A program made the translations under genes and the position numbers. Shown piece by piece: positions 38,065 through 50,264 of a DNA stretch of 64,000 nt. Under the pieces are notes generated by a model that saw nothing but the letters and a program-made list of their open reading frames with translations, made no database searches and had not been told where the DNA came from. The DNA comes from Lytechinus pictus (taxonomy: Eukaryota), in assembly GCF_037042905.1 (NCBI RefSeq), contig NC_087252.1:19532001-19596000 (forward strand), read 5' to 3'. The first letter of the stretch is position 1; every line of letters begins with the position of its first letter.

Positions 38065-39349
38065 CAACCTTCTCAGTGACTTTCACCACTCATGACAAGG
38101 AATGTTTTTTTCAAGGATCGTTTGATCGCCTTTCCTTCCTCAAATTGGCAACTCCATGCAGTTGTCAAAGAGTCAGAGCTTAATTTTGCCACAATGAACA
38201 CACAAGCAGCTTTTCAAGTAAGCAATTCTCACCTTACAACAAAGACAAAGCCGTGCAGGAAAGCTGCTTCAAACGAAAAGACGCAAAGCACCTTTATTGC
38301 CGGAGGCTTGCTGAAAGTCGCCTGACACCCTTGCATATTATCTAGTGTATATTTCACAACTGCTTTGCTTAACACCAGCACCAAGGTTAAACACTGATGG
38401 TCAATATCATCTTTTCAATCGTTCCTAAAATAACCCAGTCTTAATCCTTTGTCATGAATAAGGTAACTAATACTAGACTACATTTATAAGTTTGAATCAA
38501 TATATTAAAAATGCTTTCAGCTAATCCTAGTCATTTATTTGTTAGTGGGCTTCGGGGATAAAAGTAGATGGTAGTTTAGATTATGTATGGCAAACTGAAA
38601 TGTGTTTCATGTATTAATTTTCTTATTTTGAATAATTTTGTTTAATAGTGAGGGCTTTTTGCAAAAGTAGCTATTGAATTACATTATAGAAACTAAACTT
38701 TGTCATTTAGTATATGATTTTTTATTCAAAATGTAATCTAAGACATGATGGAAAGCTTACCACACATTTTACCTGTATAAAAAACAAATGTAAAAGAAAA
38801 CAAAATGCTATTTTACACTTGAGATTTTAAGATCTTTGGTTCTTTTTGTTTTCTTCTGTTTTCTTTTATATATTATAATACTTAATGTTACTTTAAAGAA
38901 GATTGATAATAATTATACTTGTTTATATAGCACTTATCAGAAGTCTCTAAGCACGTACTGCATTCCAAGGAATACATTCTTACTAGGTACCCATTCACCT
39001 CACCAGGGTTGAGTGCAACACAATTCAATTTTACCATTTAAAGAATGAAAACAATAATTTAAAAAACAATGATTTTCTTTATGTTAGTGACATGGTGCTT
39101 GTAAACTATACCCATATTTTATTATTTGATTTAGATTTTCTTCATTTTTATTTGTAAAATTCATTTGTGTTAGTAAACATTAACCCCAGTCTTTCAATAT
39201 TTGTATGCATTGTGTTTGTATCCCAGTACTATTTAACATTAATCGATATTCTTTTCAGATTTATTTTAAACTGAAATGTCTGGCTAAGGATTGTAAAAAT
39301 TATGAATGATTCTTGGTAGTATAAGATTTGATGTTTGAAACATCCTTAA

Positions 39350-40115
39350 CCCTAAATCTCCCGGGGTATTTTGATTCTTGTCATTCCCGGGGGGGGGGGG
39401 GGGGGGGCATTATGGCCCCCCTTAAGATCTCGGCCGCAGATTGCGCGATCACAACGAAAATTTGCATGATGGTAGAGAATGACGTAATCTACGCAGTTGC
39501 ATTGGTAAATTTCACTGAATTTATATATTTTTATTTTATATGAATTAATTATGCTAATTTATTCATGAAATCATACTTTTTGCTCTGATTCACTAAATAA
39601 AGCACCTAGAATGCTATTTTTTGGTGAAAATATTCTTTATAGCATTCCTAACTATTGTGAATGAAAAAAATTCTGGTACCAAGACCGATTTCTTATTTAT
39701 TTTATTGTTTTTCTAATTTCTTATGTATTTCTTTGTTTTTTTTTACTTTTTGATTTTTTATTGTTTTTTTGATGGAAATCGTTCCAGACTTAATTCTGAT
39801 CATAAAGAAGGCAAAATTAATTCAGTTTTATCAGTAAAAGTAGAAATAATGATACATTTATGAATTTTGGCTAAATTACACAATTTGCATTGGATTTGTA
39901 CATGAAATCACGTTTATGAGCAATTTTGGGTCTGACATGCGCTTACATAATGTTGCGTACCCGGGCATCACAAATTTGGTCTCAAAATTTGTGCGAGACT
40001 TGAAAGTAAAAAGTCATTGAGCGGCGAGGAAAAAAAATTTGCGCAGCAGATATATCGCAAAAATTGTCGAGGGGGGGCCATTATGGCCCCTCCCCTCCCC
40101 CCCGGAGAATTAGGG
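39350..40115. mobile_element. piggyBac-like MITE
   Basis: TTAA-CCCTAA..TTAGGG-TTAA. Confidence 0.82.
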
Positions 40116-41654
40116 TTAAAAGAAAAAATAAAAGGAAATGCATTCGTCAGAAGAAAAATTTCATTAGTATGTTTTAAACTACCTTTTGTATCATTATATG
40201 CATACATGTACGTGTATGTTTTGAGTGTATGATGGATACAACATATCATCATTTTAAAAAGTATTTTTGTAGGAGTTTAACTTAACAGTGATGTAGTTGA
40301 AACTGGCCTCAGGCCAACAGTTTGCCAACCTTGGCATTGTCCTCAGGCGGAATCATACGTCCAAAATCAATGGAGAAGAATTTTCTTCCAACTATTCATA
40401 TTTTTATGGTGTATTTACATAGCTAGTGAAATAAATAGTGATGGAGATTATTAGTGACTTTCTTACTGGCTGCCGTTCATTCGCTTCCTTGGGGGCTATT
40501 CATAGTCAACCCATCGAGACTACGACAGGTTGGAAAACAATTTTGAAGAAGGCAGACATCTTACACGAGCAGTGCATATTGTCCCTGAGGTGCGTTTCAT
40601 GGGAGGACTTCCCATGGGAATTGTGCTTCTGAGCCAATCAACATCATAGGGGAGTTTTCACATCTGACTTGTCAGACTTAACTTTTGATGAAACGCTCCC
40701 TTGTTCTTTGTAGGAATTTTGATCTTGCAGCTTTTATCCCACATGTTCCTTTCTTAACCTGCTAACTACTTGAACGGATGTGGTCTCTTTTCAATGCATT
40801 TTGGAAATTTCAGGAATTGGTAGTCATTGGGTTAAAATACTTTCTTGGGCCCATTTCATAAAGCCTCACAACCATTGTAACTTCCGTGGTAAGATGGATT
40901 GTGATTGGCTGATGAGCCCTGTTACCATGGAAGTTGCCGTAGCTGTAACTCTTTTTGAAACAGGACCCTTTTCTGACCAAGCCTCCTCTCTTTGATCATC
41001 AGAACAGTCTTTTGTCTTGCCCAACAGTTCATTAGTGCCAATGGGTCAAGAGTCATCTATATGTCTGTGTATGCTATTGTCAGTTGAGAAATCTGTTTGT
41101 CACCCCAACATCTCATATTTTTCATGTATCTGAATTAAAGATTTTTTCATATTATATTATCATAATCAATTTTTGCAACCATTTCGAACCAGTGCTTTCA
41201 GATGTACCAAATGTGAAAGGAGCGCATATGAGTTTGGGCTGAAAAAGAGTGGGTGTGGGAGAGAATATGCGAGTGTGGGGTATGGTTGTATTGAGGGAGA
41301 TATGGGCGAGTACAGGGTGCATGTATGGGATATAGATAGGGGTGTGAGGGATGGTATGTGGAATATGGATGAGGGTGTGTGTGTGAGGTATGAATGGGGT
41401 GCAGGGGGTATGAACTTGGTATAGATGCAGTTGTATATGTTAGTGTGGGTGTGTCGATGGGTAGGCCTATATAGAGGATGCGAGTTTACGTGTGTGGGGA
41501 ATGGAAGAGGGTGTGTAGAGGCGTGCATGCATGTGTGGGGTATGAATGAGGGTGGGTGTGGGGGTAGTGAGGCTGTGTACAGGAAATGAGTGTGTGGGGT
41601 TATAGATGAGGGAGTATTTGAGATACGAGATGTGTTGGGAATATGGGTAGAGCT

Positions 41655-43660
41655 GGGGTATGAGGGAGGGGATGCGAGTGTGGGTGCATGAAGAATGAGG
41701 GAGGGCATGTGAGTGTGGGTGTACGAGGGAGGGGATGTGAGTGTGGGGTATGAAGAATGAGAGAGGGCGTGTGGGTGTACGAGGGAGGGGATGCGAGTGT
41801 GGGTGCATGAAGAATGAGGGAGGGCATGTGAGTGTGGGTGTACGAGGGAGGGGATGTGAGTGTGGGGTATGAAGAATGAGGGAGGGCATGTGAGTGTGGG
41901 TGTACGAGGGAGGGGATGCGAGTGTGGGGTATGAAGAATGAGGGAGGGCATGTGAGTGTGGGTGTACGAGGGAGGGGATGTGAGTGTGGGGTATGAAGAA
42001 TGAGGGAGGGCATGTGAGTGTGGGCGTACGAGGGAGGGGATGCGAGTGTGGGTGCATGAAGAATGAGGGAGGGCATGTGAGTGTGGTGTACGAGGGAGGG
42101 GATGTGAGTGTGGGGTATGAAGAATGAGGGAGGGCATGTGAGTGTGGGTGTACGAGGGAGGGGATGCGAGTGTGGGTGCATGAAGAATGAGGGAGGGCAT
42201 GTGAGTGTGGGTGTACGAGGGAGGGGATGTGAGTGTGGGGTATGAAGAATGAGGGAGGGCATGTGAGTGTGGGTGTACGAGGGAGGGGATGCGAGTGTGG
42301 GTGCATGAAGAATGAGGGAGGGCAAGTGAGTGTGGGTGTACGAGGGAGGGGATGTGAGTGCAGATTTGTATATATTATGTTTGTTTACGTATGCGTGGTA
42401 TGTGCATGTGTGTATGGGTGTTAAGGTGGGTGTGTGTATGTGTGTATAATTATGTAAAGTTATGTTGAAGCTTGATTTAAAATGGGATGCAATGATAATA
42501 CATTTAGGTTGATTTCTGTTTTCCTGCAAATCATTTATATAGCCATTTAACATTAATTATTATTGAAATACATAGAGGGTTGGGGACTCAGTTGAGTTAT
42601 TATTTTTTTTTTCAGATATAAAAGTATAATTTTAAGGAGTTTCATTCCGTCCTTATTTGCTTCAGTTCTTGGTAAATATATATGTACTTTTTTGCATATC
42701 CTTGTTGATATGAAATGAAGATTTGTATTTTGTTTTGTATTTATCTGCAGTTTATGTAATTCATTTGAATGAAATCCTTAATAAAAACATATTGAAAAAA
42801 AAAAAAAAAGTGGGGTATGAAGAATGAGGGAGGGCGTGTGGGTGTACGAGGGAGGGGATGCGAGTGTGGGTGCATGAAGAATGAGGGAGGGCATGTGAGT
42901 GTGGGTGTACGAGGGAGGGGATGTGAGTGTGGGGTATGAAGAATGAGGGAGGGCATGTGAGTGTGGGTGTACGAGGGAGGGGATGCGAGTGTGGGGTATG
43001 AAGAATGAGGGAGGGCGTGTGGGTGTACGAGGGAGGGGATGCGAGTGTGGGTGCATGAAGAATGAGGGAGGGCATGTGAGTGTGGGTGTACGAGGGAGGG
43101 GATGTGAGTGTGGGGTATGAAGAATGAGGGAGGACGTGTGGGTGTACGAGGGAGGGGATGCGAGTGTGGGTGCATGAAGAATGAGGGAGGGCATGTGAGT
43201 GTGGGTGTACGAGGGAGGGGATGTGAGTGTGGGGTATGAAGAATGAGGGAGGGCATGTGAGTGTGGGTGTACGAGGGAGGGGATGCGAGTGTGGGTGCAT
43301 GAAGAATGAGGGAGGGCATGTGAGTGTGGGGTTATGAGTGAGGGGATGTGAGTGTGGTGTATGAGGAAGGGGATGTGAGTGTGGGGTTATGAGGGAGGAC
43401 ATGTAGGGGATGTGAGTGTGGGGTATGAGTGATGGTATGCAGGGGATGTGAGTGTGGGGTTATGAGTGAGGGTATGCAGGGAATCAGAGTGTGGGGTATG
43501 AGTGAGGGTATTTAGGGGATGTGAGTGTTGGGGTATGAAGGGGATGTGAGTGTGGGGTATGCAGGGGATGTGAGTGTGGGGTTATAAGTGAGGGTATGCA
43601 GGGGGTGTGAGTGTGGGGGGTATGAGTGAGGGTATGCAGGGGATTTAAGTGTGGGGGTAC
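41655..43660. repeat. G-rich 62/63-bp minisatellite in two blocks (41655-42360, 42810-43330) with degenerate flanks
   Basis: Unit gatg(c/t)gagtgtggg..atgaagaatgagggagggcatgtgagtgtgggtgtacgagggaggg. Confidence 0.95.
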
Positions 43661-43962
43661 GAGGACATGTTGCCAAATAAAAAAGGAATTGCACCTAATT
43701 TTTTATGAAATATGTCTTGTATATTGTGTAACTCATCGAGGTTTGTGTCATGAATTCAGACACAACGCATGCGTCATAATATGTCTCATAATCATATACA
43801 TAAAAATGAGAGATACCTGAGAGATCAGAATGTTTCATCTTCACCGAAATGTAAACTATCCCATGATTAACACATTGAATATATTAAGACGGGGATATGG
43901 CTAATGCATGACTTTAAAAAAAGAAAATACTTGTTGAAAAATTATGAGGAATTACAAAAGTT

Positions 43963-43990
43963 TTTATTATAGTATAACGCCTTTTTTATT
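43963..43990 (-). promoter_or_regulatory. Candidate polyadenylation signals for gene B
   Basis: Two minus-strand AATAAA hexamers (plus-strand TTTATT at 43963 and 43985), about 110-140 nt past the stop. Confidence 0.4.
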
Positions 43991-44099
43991 CAGACGATAA
44001 GCCTACAAAGAGCTTACTCGTATTATGGGATTAAGCATGAGCCGTCGCTTCCTCAGAATTGTTCATGCATTTCATGAATTCGCTCTGCACTGAGTTTCA

Positions 44100-44732
44100 T
44101 TACAACTGTCCTTGTGATAGTTGGGACTTCTTTTTCTTCTTCCTTCTAGATCTTTTCCTAGCTTTTCTCTCGTTCGATGACATTTCTGCTCTTGGTGCAT
44201 GTTCTTCTCCAGGTACGGGTAAACCATGAGACATGTGACTTCCATGTGGTTCATACGAAAGAACCATTGACTCGTCTTGCGGACTTGCACTACCTATTTC
44301 AGTCTTTCTTTTCTTGTCCATCTCTTTTCTTTTGTCAGAGGTCTTCGAGGATTCCTGTAGAGCCTTTCTCGAATCTCGGGAAAATAATGCTTCATATGGC
44401 GAAGTAACGCCAATATCATCCTCACCTTGCGTATTTCCTGCAGAATGTTTATACTTCGTGCCATCTGGACGATGGAAAACTTCGGAATATTCATGAACAC
44501 CTGTTGGATATAGAGGGTTTAGCTTTCCAGAAATTGCCATGCTACTGATATTATATAGTTCTCGATTTTCCTCGATGCTGTCCTTGTGTTCTATGCACCT
44601 TTGATACTGAGGATTATTCCAAGATTGTTCTCTGGATTCTCGTTGCGTAGAATGGGAATGTTGATATTCACCGTCCAGCGTAGATCTATGCCGCCTTGCC
44701 ATATTATGCTTTTTTGCCACTCTGCTTGTATC
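44100..44732 (-). CDS. Gene B terminal exon
   Basis: tttcag|DTSRVAKKHN..RKARKRSRRKKKKKSQLSQGQL*. Confidence 0.82.
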   Translation of the reverse strand, partial: DTSRVAKKHNMARRHRSTLDGEYQHSHSTQRESREQSWNNPQYQRCIEHKDSIEENRELYNISSMAISGKLNPLYPTGVHEYSEVFHRPDGTKYKHSAGNTQGEDDIGVTSPYEALFSRDSRKALQESSKTSDKRKEMDKKRKTEIGSASPQDESMVLSYEPHGSHMSHGLPVPGEEHAPRAEMSSNERKARKRSRRKKKKKSQLSQGQL

Positions 44733-47700
44733 CTGAAAAGAGTCAAACGGAAGTGTAAATATATGTCTGATTATCGAGATATAAAAATGATGTCTGAATT
44801 ACACTGTTTCGACTGATATTTTTAGAATTTCTCATGTAAGTGATTATCATTGCCAACAATCCTTTTCTACTAACCTCTCTTTGAGAATGGGTGCTGGGGG
44901 TATGAGAACTTCTGCTCGTCCTTTTTTTATATCTCACACAATAGGGGGTGCGAGAATCATGTAGGTTATCACTGTATTCTGGATTCATCTGTGACACTGA
45001 TCCCACTGGTGGATAAACTAGTTTGGTATTTTTGGCACGTTTCCTGCCTGTCTGCGACCATCCGTCCACCGTACCAACGTCATGATCGTAAGGACGAGGT
45101 CGGATCAAAGATCGATCTGTGGAAGATAGCTTCCTTGAGCTCTGCCTGCTATTCAAAAATCCTCCACCCTGTTCTTTTATCAGGGAATCGTTGCCGACCA
45201 AAGAGACCTGCTTGATTGGTTCTAGTCTCAGGTGCTCTAGGACAATGTTACCCTTCCTGAAACTTCTCTCTGTTTCGACAATACTCCCAATGTGATTCCC
45301 CGCGTGACCAGACCTAGAGGTTGACTTTGTCAGTGACCTTGTGAGTTCAAGGTCAAGGTCACTTTCTTCTATGGGTATAGACAATGTGTCCATTCTATCT
45401 CGAGGTTGAGCGGAGCCACTGCCGAGACGTCTGGAGTCGGTGCCAATGGATGTAGACATTGTTCTTCGACTCTGATCCGTACTGCTCAGGTTTGTTCGCC
45501 GTCTCCAATTTTCTATTCGCCATCTGAAATTTGGGAGAAAAAAATTACAAAATCTTTTTGAAGTCATTGGTATTGAAACTCCAGGTTCCAAACTTATATA
45601 TGGAAACCTTTGATTGACTAATTTTCCTAACCAAGTTCCTCAATATCTTAATACATGAGATCCCTTTGGTTATTCGTTCTTCAATTCACTTTCAAAAAGA
45701 GCGCCTGAATATTATAAAGATGTAAAAGGCGAAATAAAATATACGTTCATACATACATAATTATCATTACTGTTACATAATCAATTTATCCTACTTTTTT
45801 CTGATCCTATTCCATTTTCATAGGTGCAATACACTCGTGGCGATCCCCGGGGAGAGGATGTGTGCCTCCTACCCTTCTCTCTTCTTTATTTGAAACAGGT
45901 GGGTGTTTCATCAAGCTGTCCGTAAGTTAAGAGCGACTGGTGATCCCTTCTTCCGGTAAGTGGTATATTAAATTGTCGATGGTTTAGCGCGTAAGAAAGG
46001 ATCACTAGTCGTTCTTAAAGTCACTCTTAACTTACGAACAGCTTTATGAAACGGCCCCGAGGTATGTTCTAATCAATATTCTAAGATGCCAACCTGAATG
46101 CAGAGCTGGCACTGGTCGTTACGTCGGATTTGATACGGCTCTGGGTATCTTCCCACTTGGTCACGTGGCTCTTCCTCGGCTTTTTATCGTGATGTTTTAC
46201 GATAACATCCCTCTCACAAGGTCGGATCTGAGAAGCAGACGTTGAGGTCGGTCCCGATGTTGCAGTCTGCTGTCTCTGAAAACGCAAGAGGAATAATTAA
46301 TAATCGCATTACATTTATGAAACTCTTGTTGAAACGCTCCACAGGGAGTGGAGAAAGTGCATAGTATGTGTGCTTGCATGCCAGGATCCGATGACGGGCA
46401 AGAATATGAAGTGCTTTAGAAACATCGCGTCGTTCCGATGATTTATATTGCTATATAAAAGCGGGATATTATTTAAGAAGTTAAACATACTTCTTGAATG
46501 ATTCTATAACTGAGAAATCTCGCTATTTTTTCAGACTAGATGAACTAATTAAGAAAGTGTTTCAGCAATATTCAAATAAAATATTCCACTCTGGCACTTG
46601 TATTAGTGATATTGATAGCAATTTGCACTTAAGAATCTTTGCAATGCGAATCATAAACGTATTCTCAAAAAATGAAATGGAAAAGAAATTTTGAATGCCA
46701 AGGAATGAAATGTATACATAACATACAGGACACAATATGGTCATTTGATATGATAAACAGAAGAAGCGTCACCGACCGGTCAAGACAAATGTATTTCAGA
46801 AACAGAAATTTGAACATAAGCGGGCATGGTGGCTCAGTGGTAGAGCGTCCTCCTCATGAATGGGATGTCATTGGTTCGAACCTCGGCCGAGTCATACCAA
46901 AGACCTAAAAGAATGGTACCTTCTGCCTTCTTGCTAGGCGCTCAGCATTTTGATTGGAGAAGGGTAATAATAACATATGTTATACAGGGCCCGCTGGTAG
47001 AGCAGCATCCTAACTGAAGTGGCTACATTTGGTACATAAAACGTTATTAATATTATTATTATTATTATTATTTTAAGCAGGTTGAGTATTTTGTGGATTA
47101 AGAGTCCAATAATGACTTACCCAATTCTCTCTCGAGATAGTGGAGGCATGTTTGAAGGCAGTTTTCATTTGAGAACAGATAAAGTTATGAGCGACAACGA
47201 ACCCCAAACTCTGAAATTAAAACGAAGAAATCAACTGACATGAGATGCTAATCATACATTTATTTTTAATAATGATAATATTAATAATAATAATAAATAA
47301 ATTGGATTTATATTGCACCAAATCCTTTCAGTTGATTGATCAAGACGCTTTTAAAGATATTTGAAAGGAAATTAAGAAGAATTAAAAGAAGTGCTTTATT
47401 TTTAAGTCAGAAGTAAGACATTAGTTAATATCTTCAGGAGGGCTTTTCCATAACTTAGAGGATGAGTGGATAATGATCTCCTCCCGCCCCGTTTCGGGCG
47501 TTGTGTGGTTAAAGGGAGAAATGGAGGTGGAGGAACGTAAGGATCTTGAAGGGGAGTAGCTTTTGACTTTTTTATTGGGCAGAAAATGAACTCCCTTCTG
47601 ATCCTATTCAATCAAACACGATCTACCGGATTGTCTTGGGACAGGTAAACCGGGATATTACTATCTAATGCAAATACTACTTTGATTTAGGCAAATCTTA

Positions 47701-50218
47701 AAAAACTTAAGACAATGCTTGAATTCTTAAATCAAATCGTCTCGAATACTCAGGGAACTAGTAATCAACAATTGTTTTAATGTATATTTTATTACCTTAC
47801 TTTTATTTTTGTATTATCTAAGATTATCTTTTCTTTAATTGTTTCATTTCCCTAGTTTTTTAAAGAGCTTTGTATCTATTCAAAAAGTAGATTTACGAAT
47901 GAATATATTACTAGTATTATTCTAAGTCTTATTTTTCTATCACGACCATTACCTATATTATATCGTTATTATAACCATAACTACTACAATCTTTAATTCG
48001 TGTTACCTGTGTTATTGCCAACGCAGAGTAGGTATATCGTAAGGGAGTCGACGTGACTCTCGTTAGATAGACCAGACCACATGTCCAGCATAGAATCAAC
48101 ACTACGAGACAAAGGATGTTACACAGTATCTCAGACCTGTATGCAATGGCGGAAATTAAGGTTGGTAAGTATACTGGTAATTGGGAGTTTTCCCTCAGCA
48201 ACATGCGGAGGATTTAAGAACAAAGTAGATGTATTGTCAAATGCCCGTCAAATGACAAAGACCAAATAAGAAGACTTTGTCGAAAATTGGTGAACCAGAA
48301 CAGCAATTTCGACCTAGCTTCAAAGCTGATAAAAATTGCAAATGTTCTTTTTTAATAGAATCAAGGATTAAACTGCTATTTTGATTCATCAGTTTTTGAC
48401 AAAGACTTTTTGGTTGTTCTTTGTCATTTGACGGGCATTTGACAATACATCTACTCTGTTCTTGAATCCTTCGTATGTTGCTGAGGGAAAACTCCCAATT
48501 ACCAGTGTTCTTCGTCATGAAAAGAATTTAACAATATATTTACTCTGTTCTTGAATTCTCCGTAGGTCGCTGAGCGAAAACTCTCTAATACACATCATCA
48601 AAGATATTTAGTAAGAATAAAACCCAGGAGTTACCTTCGGAAGTGTTCTCTAGGCATTTATAATGGAAACAAGTACAATAATACAAGTATCTTCTAAAAT
48701 GGTTATGTAATATTGAGAAAGTGATGTGGATTCTTAATTGATTAACCGTCCTCATCTCAAGACCATGACCAGTCAAAAGAACTAATCATAACTACTAATC
48801 ATTACTACCAGTCATTAACATATTCCACAGTTAGCTAAAATGGAAGAGCCGTGGTGTAGCGGTTCTGACTCTCGCCTTGAAAACAGAGGGTCGTGTGTTC
48901 GAATTCCACCGTGGTCGAGCGTCCTTAGCAAGGCGTTCATCCACACTTTGCCACTCTTTGGGTACCCGGTGGGACATGTGGGATGCGAAAGCCTATGTAG
49001 TATGCCTAGCAATTGAGTCTTGGAACTCTTGTTGGAAAACTGCCCAGGGAATGGAGAAGGTGCATACATTGTGTGCGGGCATGAAATGATCCGATGACCT
49101 GAGTAATAATACGCTGTAAAGCTCTTTGGGCCATGATGGGAAAAGTGCTTTATGATGAATAGCTATTATTTTATTATCAAATGATAGATTAGATCCAATC
49201 ATGTGATCGGATCCATATCAACAATATATGAAGTATGGTTGTTTTTGGAATATTATTTTATTGCTATAAGAAAAATGATACAGTGTGCAGAGAGATTGAG
49301 AGGAATAGTCTTTTATTCAAATTTGTCAGAAGTATTCTCTTCAAATGTACCTTATTCCTTTCTTGTAAGATCGTCTCCTGAAGTAGCCTCTTGGAAATGT
49401 TTTTCGTGATTTTCGCAGATGAGGGTGAAGTCCGACCAACAAACAAATATTGGCCTAAGGTTTAAAAATAAAAGAATTAAAAACACAATTTTAGATACAC
49501 CAAAGAATCAGTCATAGAAATTCGAAATATTTACATTTACTTAGTATTTATAGATAAATCGATTTTCATAATTTATCAAGCATCTTTTCAGATATCAATC
49601 TTATCCATATAATAAGGCATGCGAATTATTTATTAATTTCATCAATTCTATTTCTCAATTTCCTATATGAAACTCTTAAACAATTATACAAATGCTGTAC
49701 AAGGAATTACGTTTACAATTGTAAAAAAAAAAATGAAAATAATCATAGACATCGCTCAGGTATTCTACAGTGATCCCAGGTGAGGTAAATGGGTACCGGT
49801 AGGAAGTCATTCCTTAAAAAGCTTTGTGCGCTATGAACGCCTAGCTTAGCCGGGAAATATAGGAGCGCCTTGAGCACCTAACAAGGTGGATATGTGCGCA
49901 ATATAAATACCCTATATTATTATTATTATTATTATCTCTTACAAACTTTTGATTTTCATGACAATTGTAGTTAAATGATATCGTGTTAGATTATTGGAGT
50001 AGAAATAGGCTGATTTATTAGCTATACATGTAGAATAAATCAAACTATAAAATGGTTATGTTTGTTTTTTGCTGTTACTGGATACTTTTGTCAAATTTTG
50101 ATAGTTAAAAAGTAATTGAAAGCTTACATCCCAGACCGTTGTGAAATTTATCTAGAACTGCAAAAGCAAGGAAAAACTCAAATTCATTTCATATGGCTAT
50201 CAATCGGATTTCGCAATA

Positions 50219-50264
<46 letters not shown>

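Noticed and set aside
41166..43402. His/Pro-rich minus-strand ORFs
   Set aside because: Translation of the 62/63-bp minisatellite in several frames; no splice or codon evidence.
46820..46895. Possible tRNA gene (also 48846-48915 and about 34195-34265)
   Set aside because: The cloverleaf is incomplete and the sequence continues into a shared SINE body and tail.
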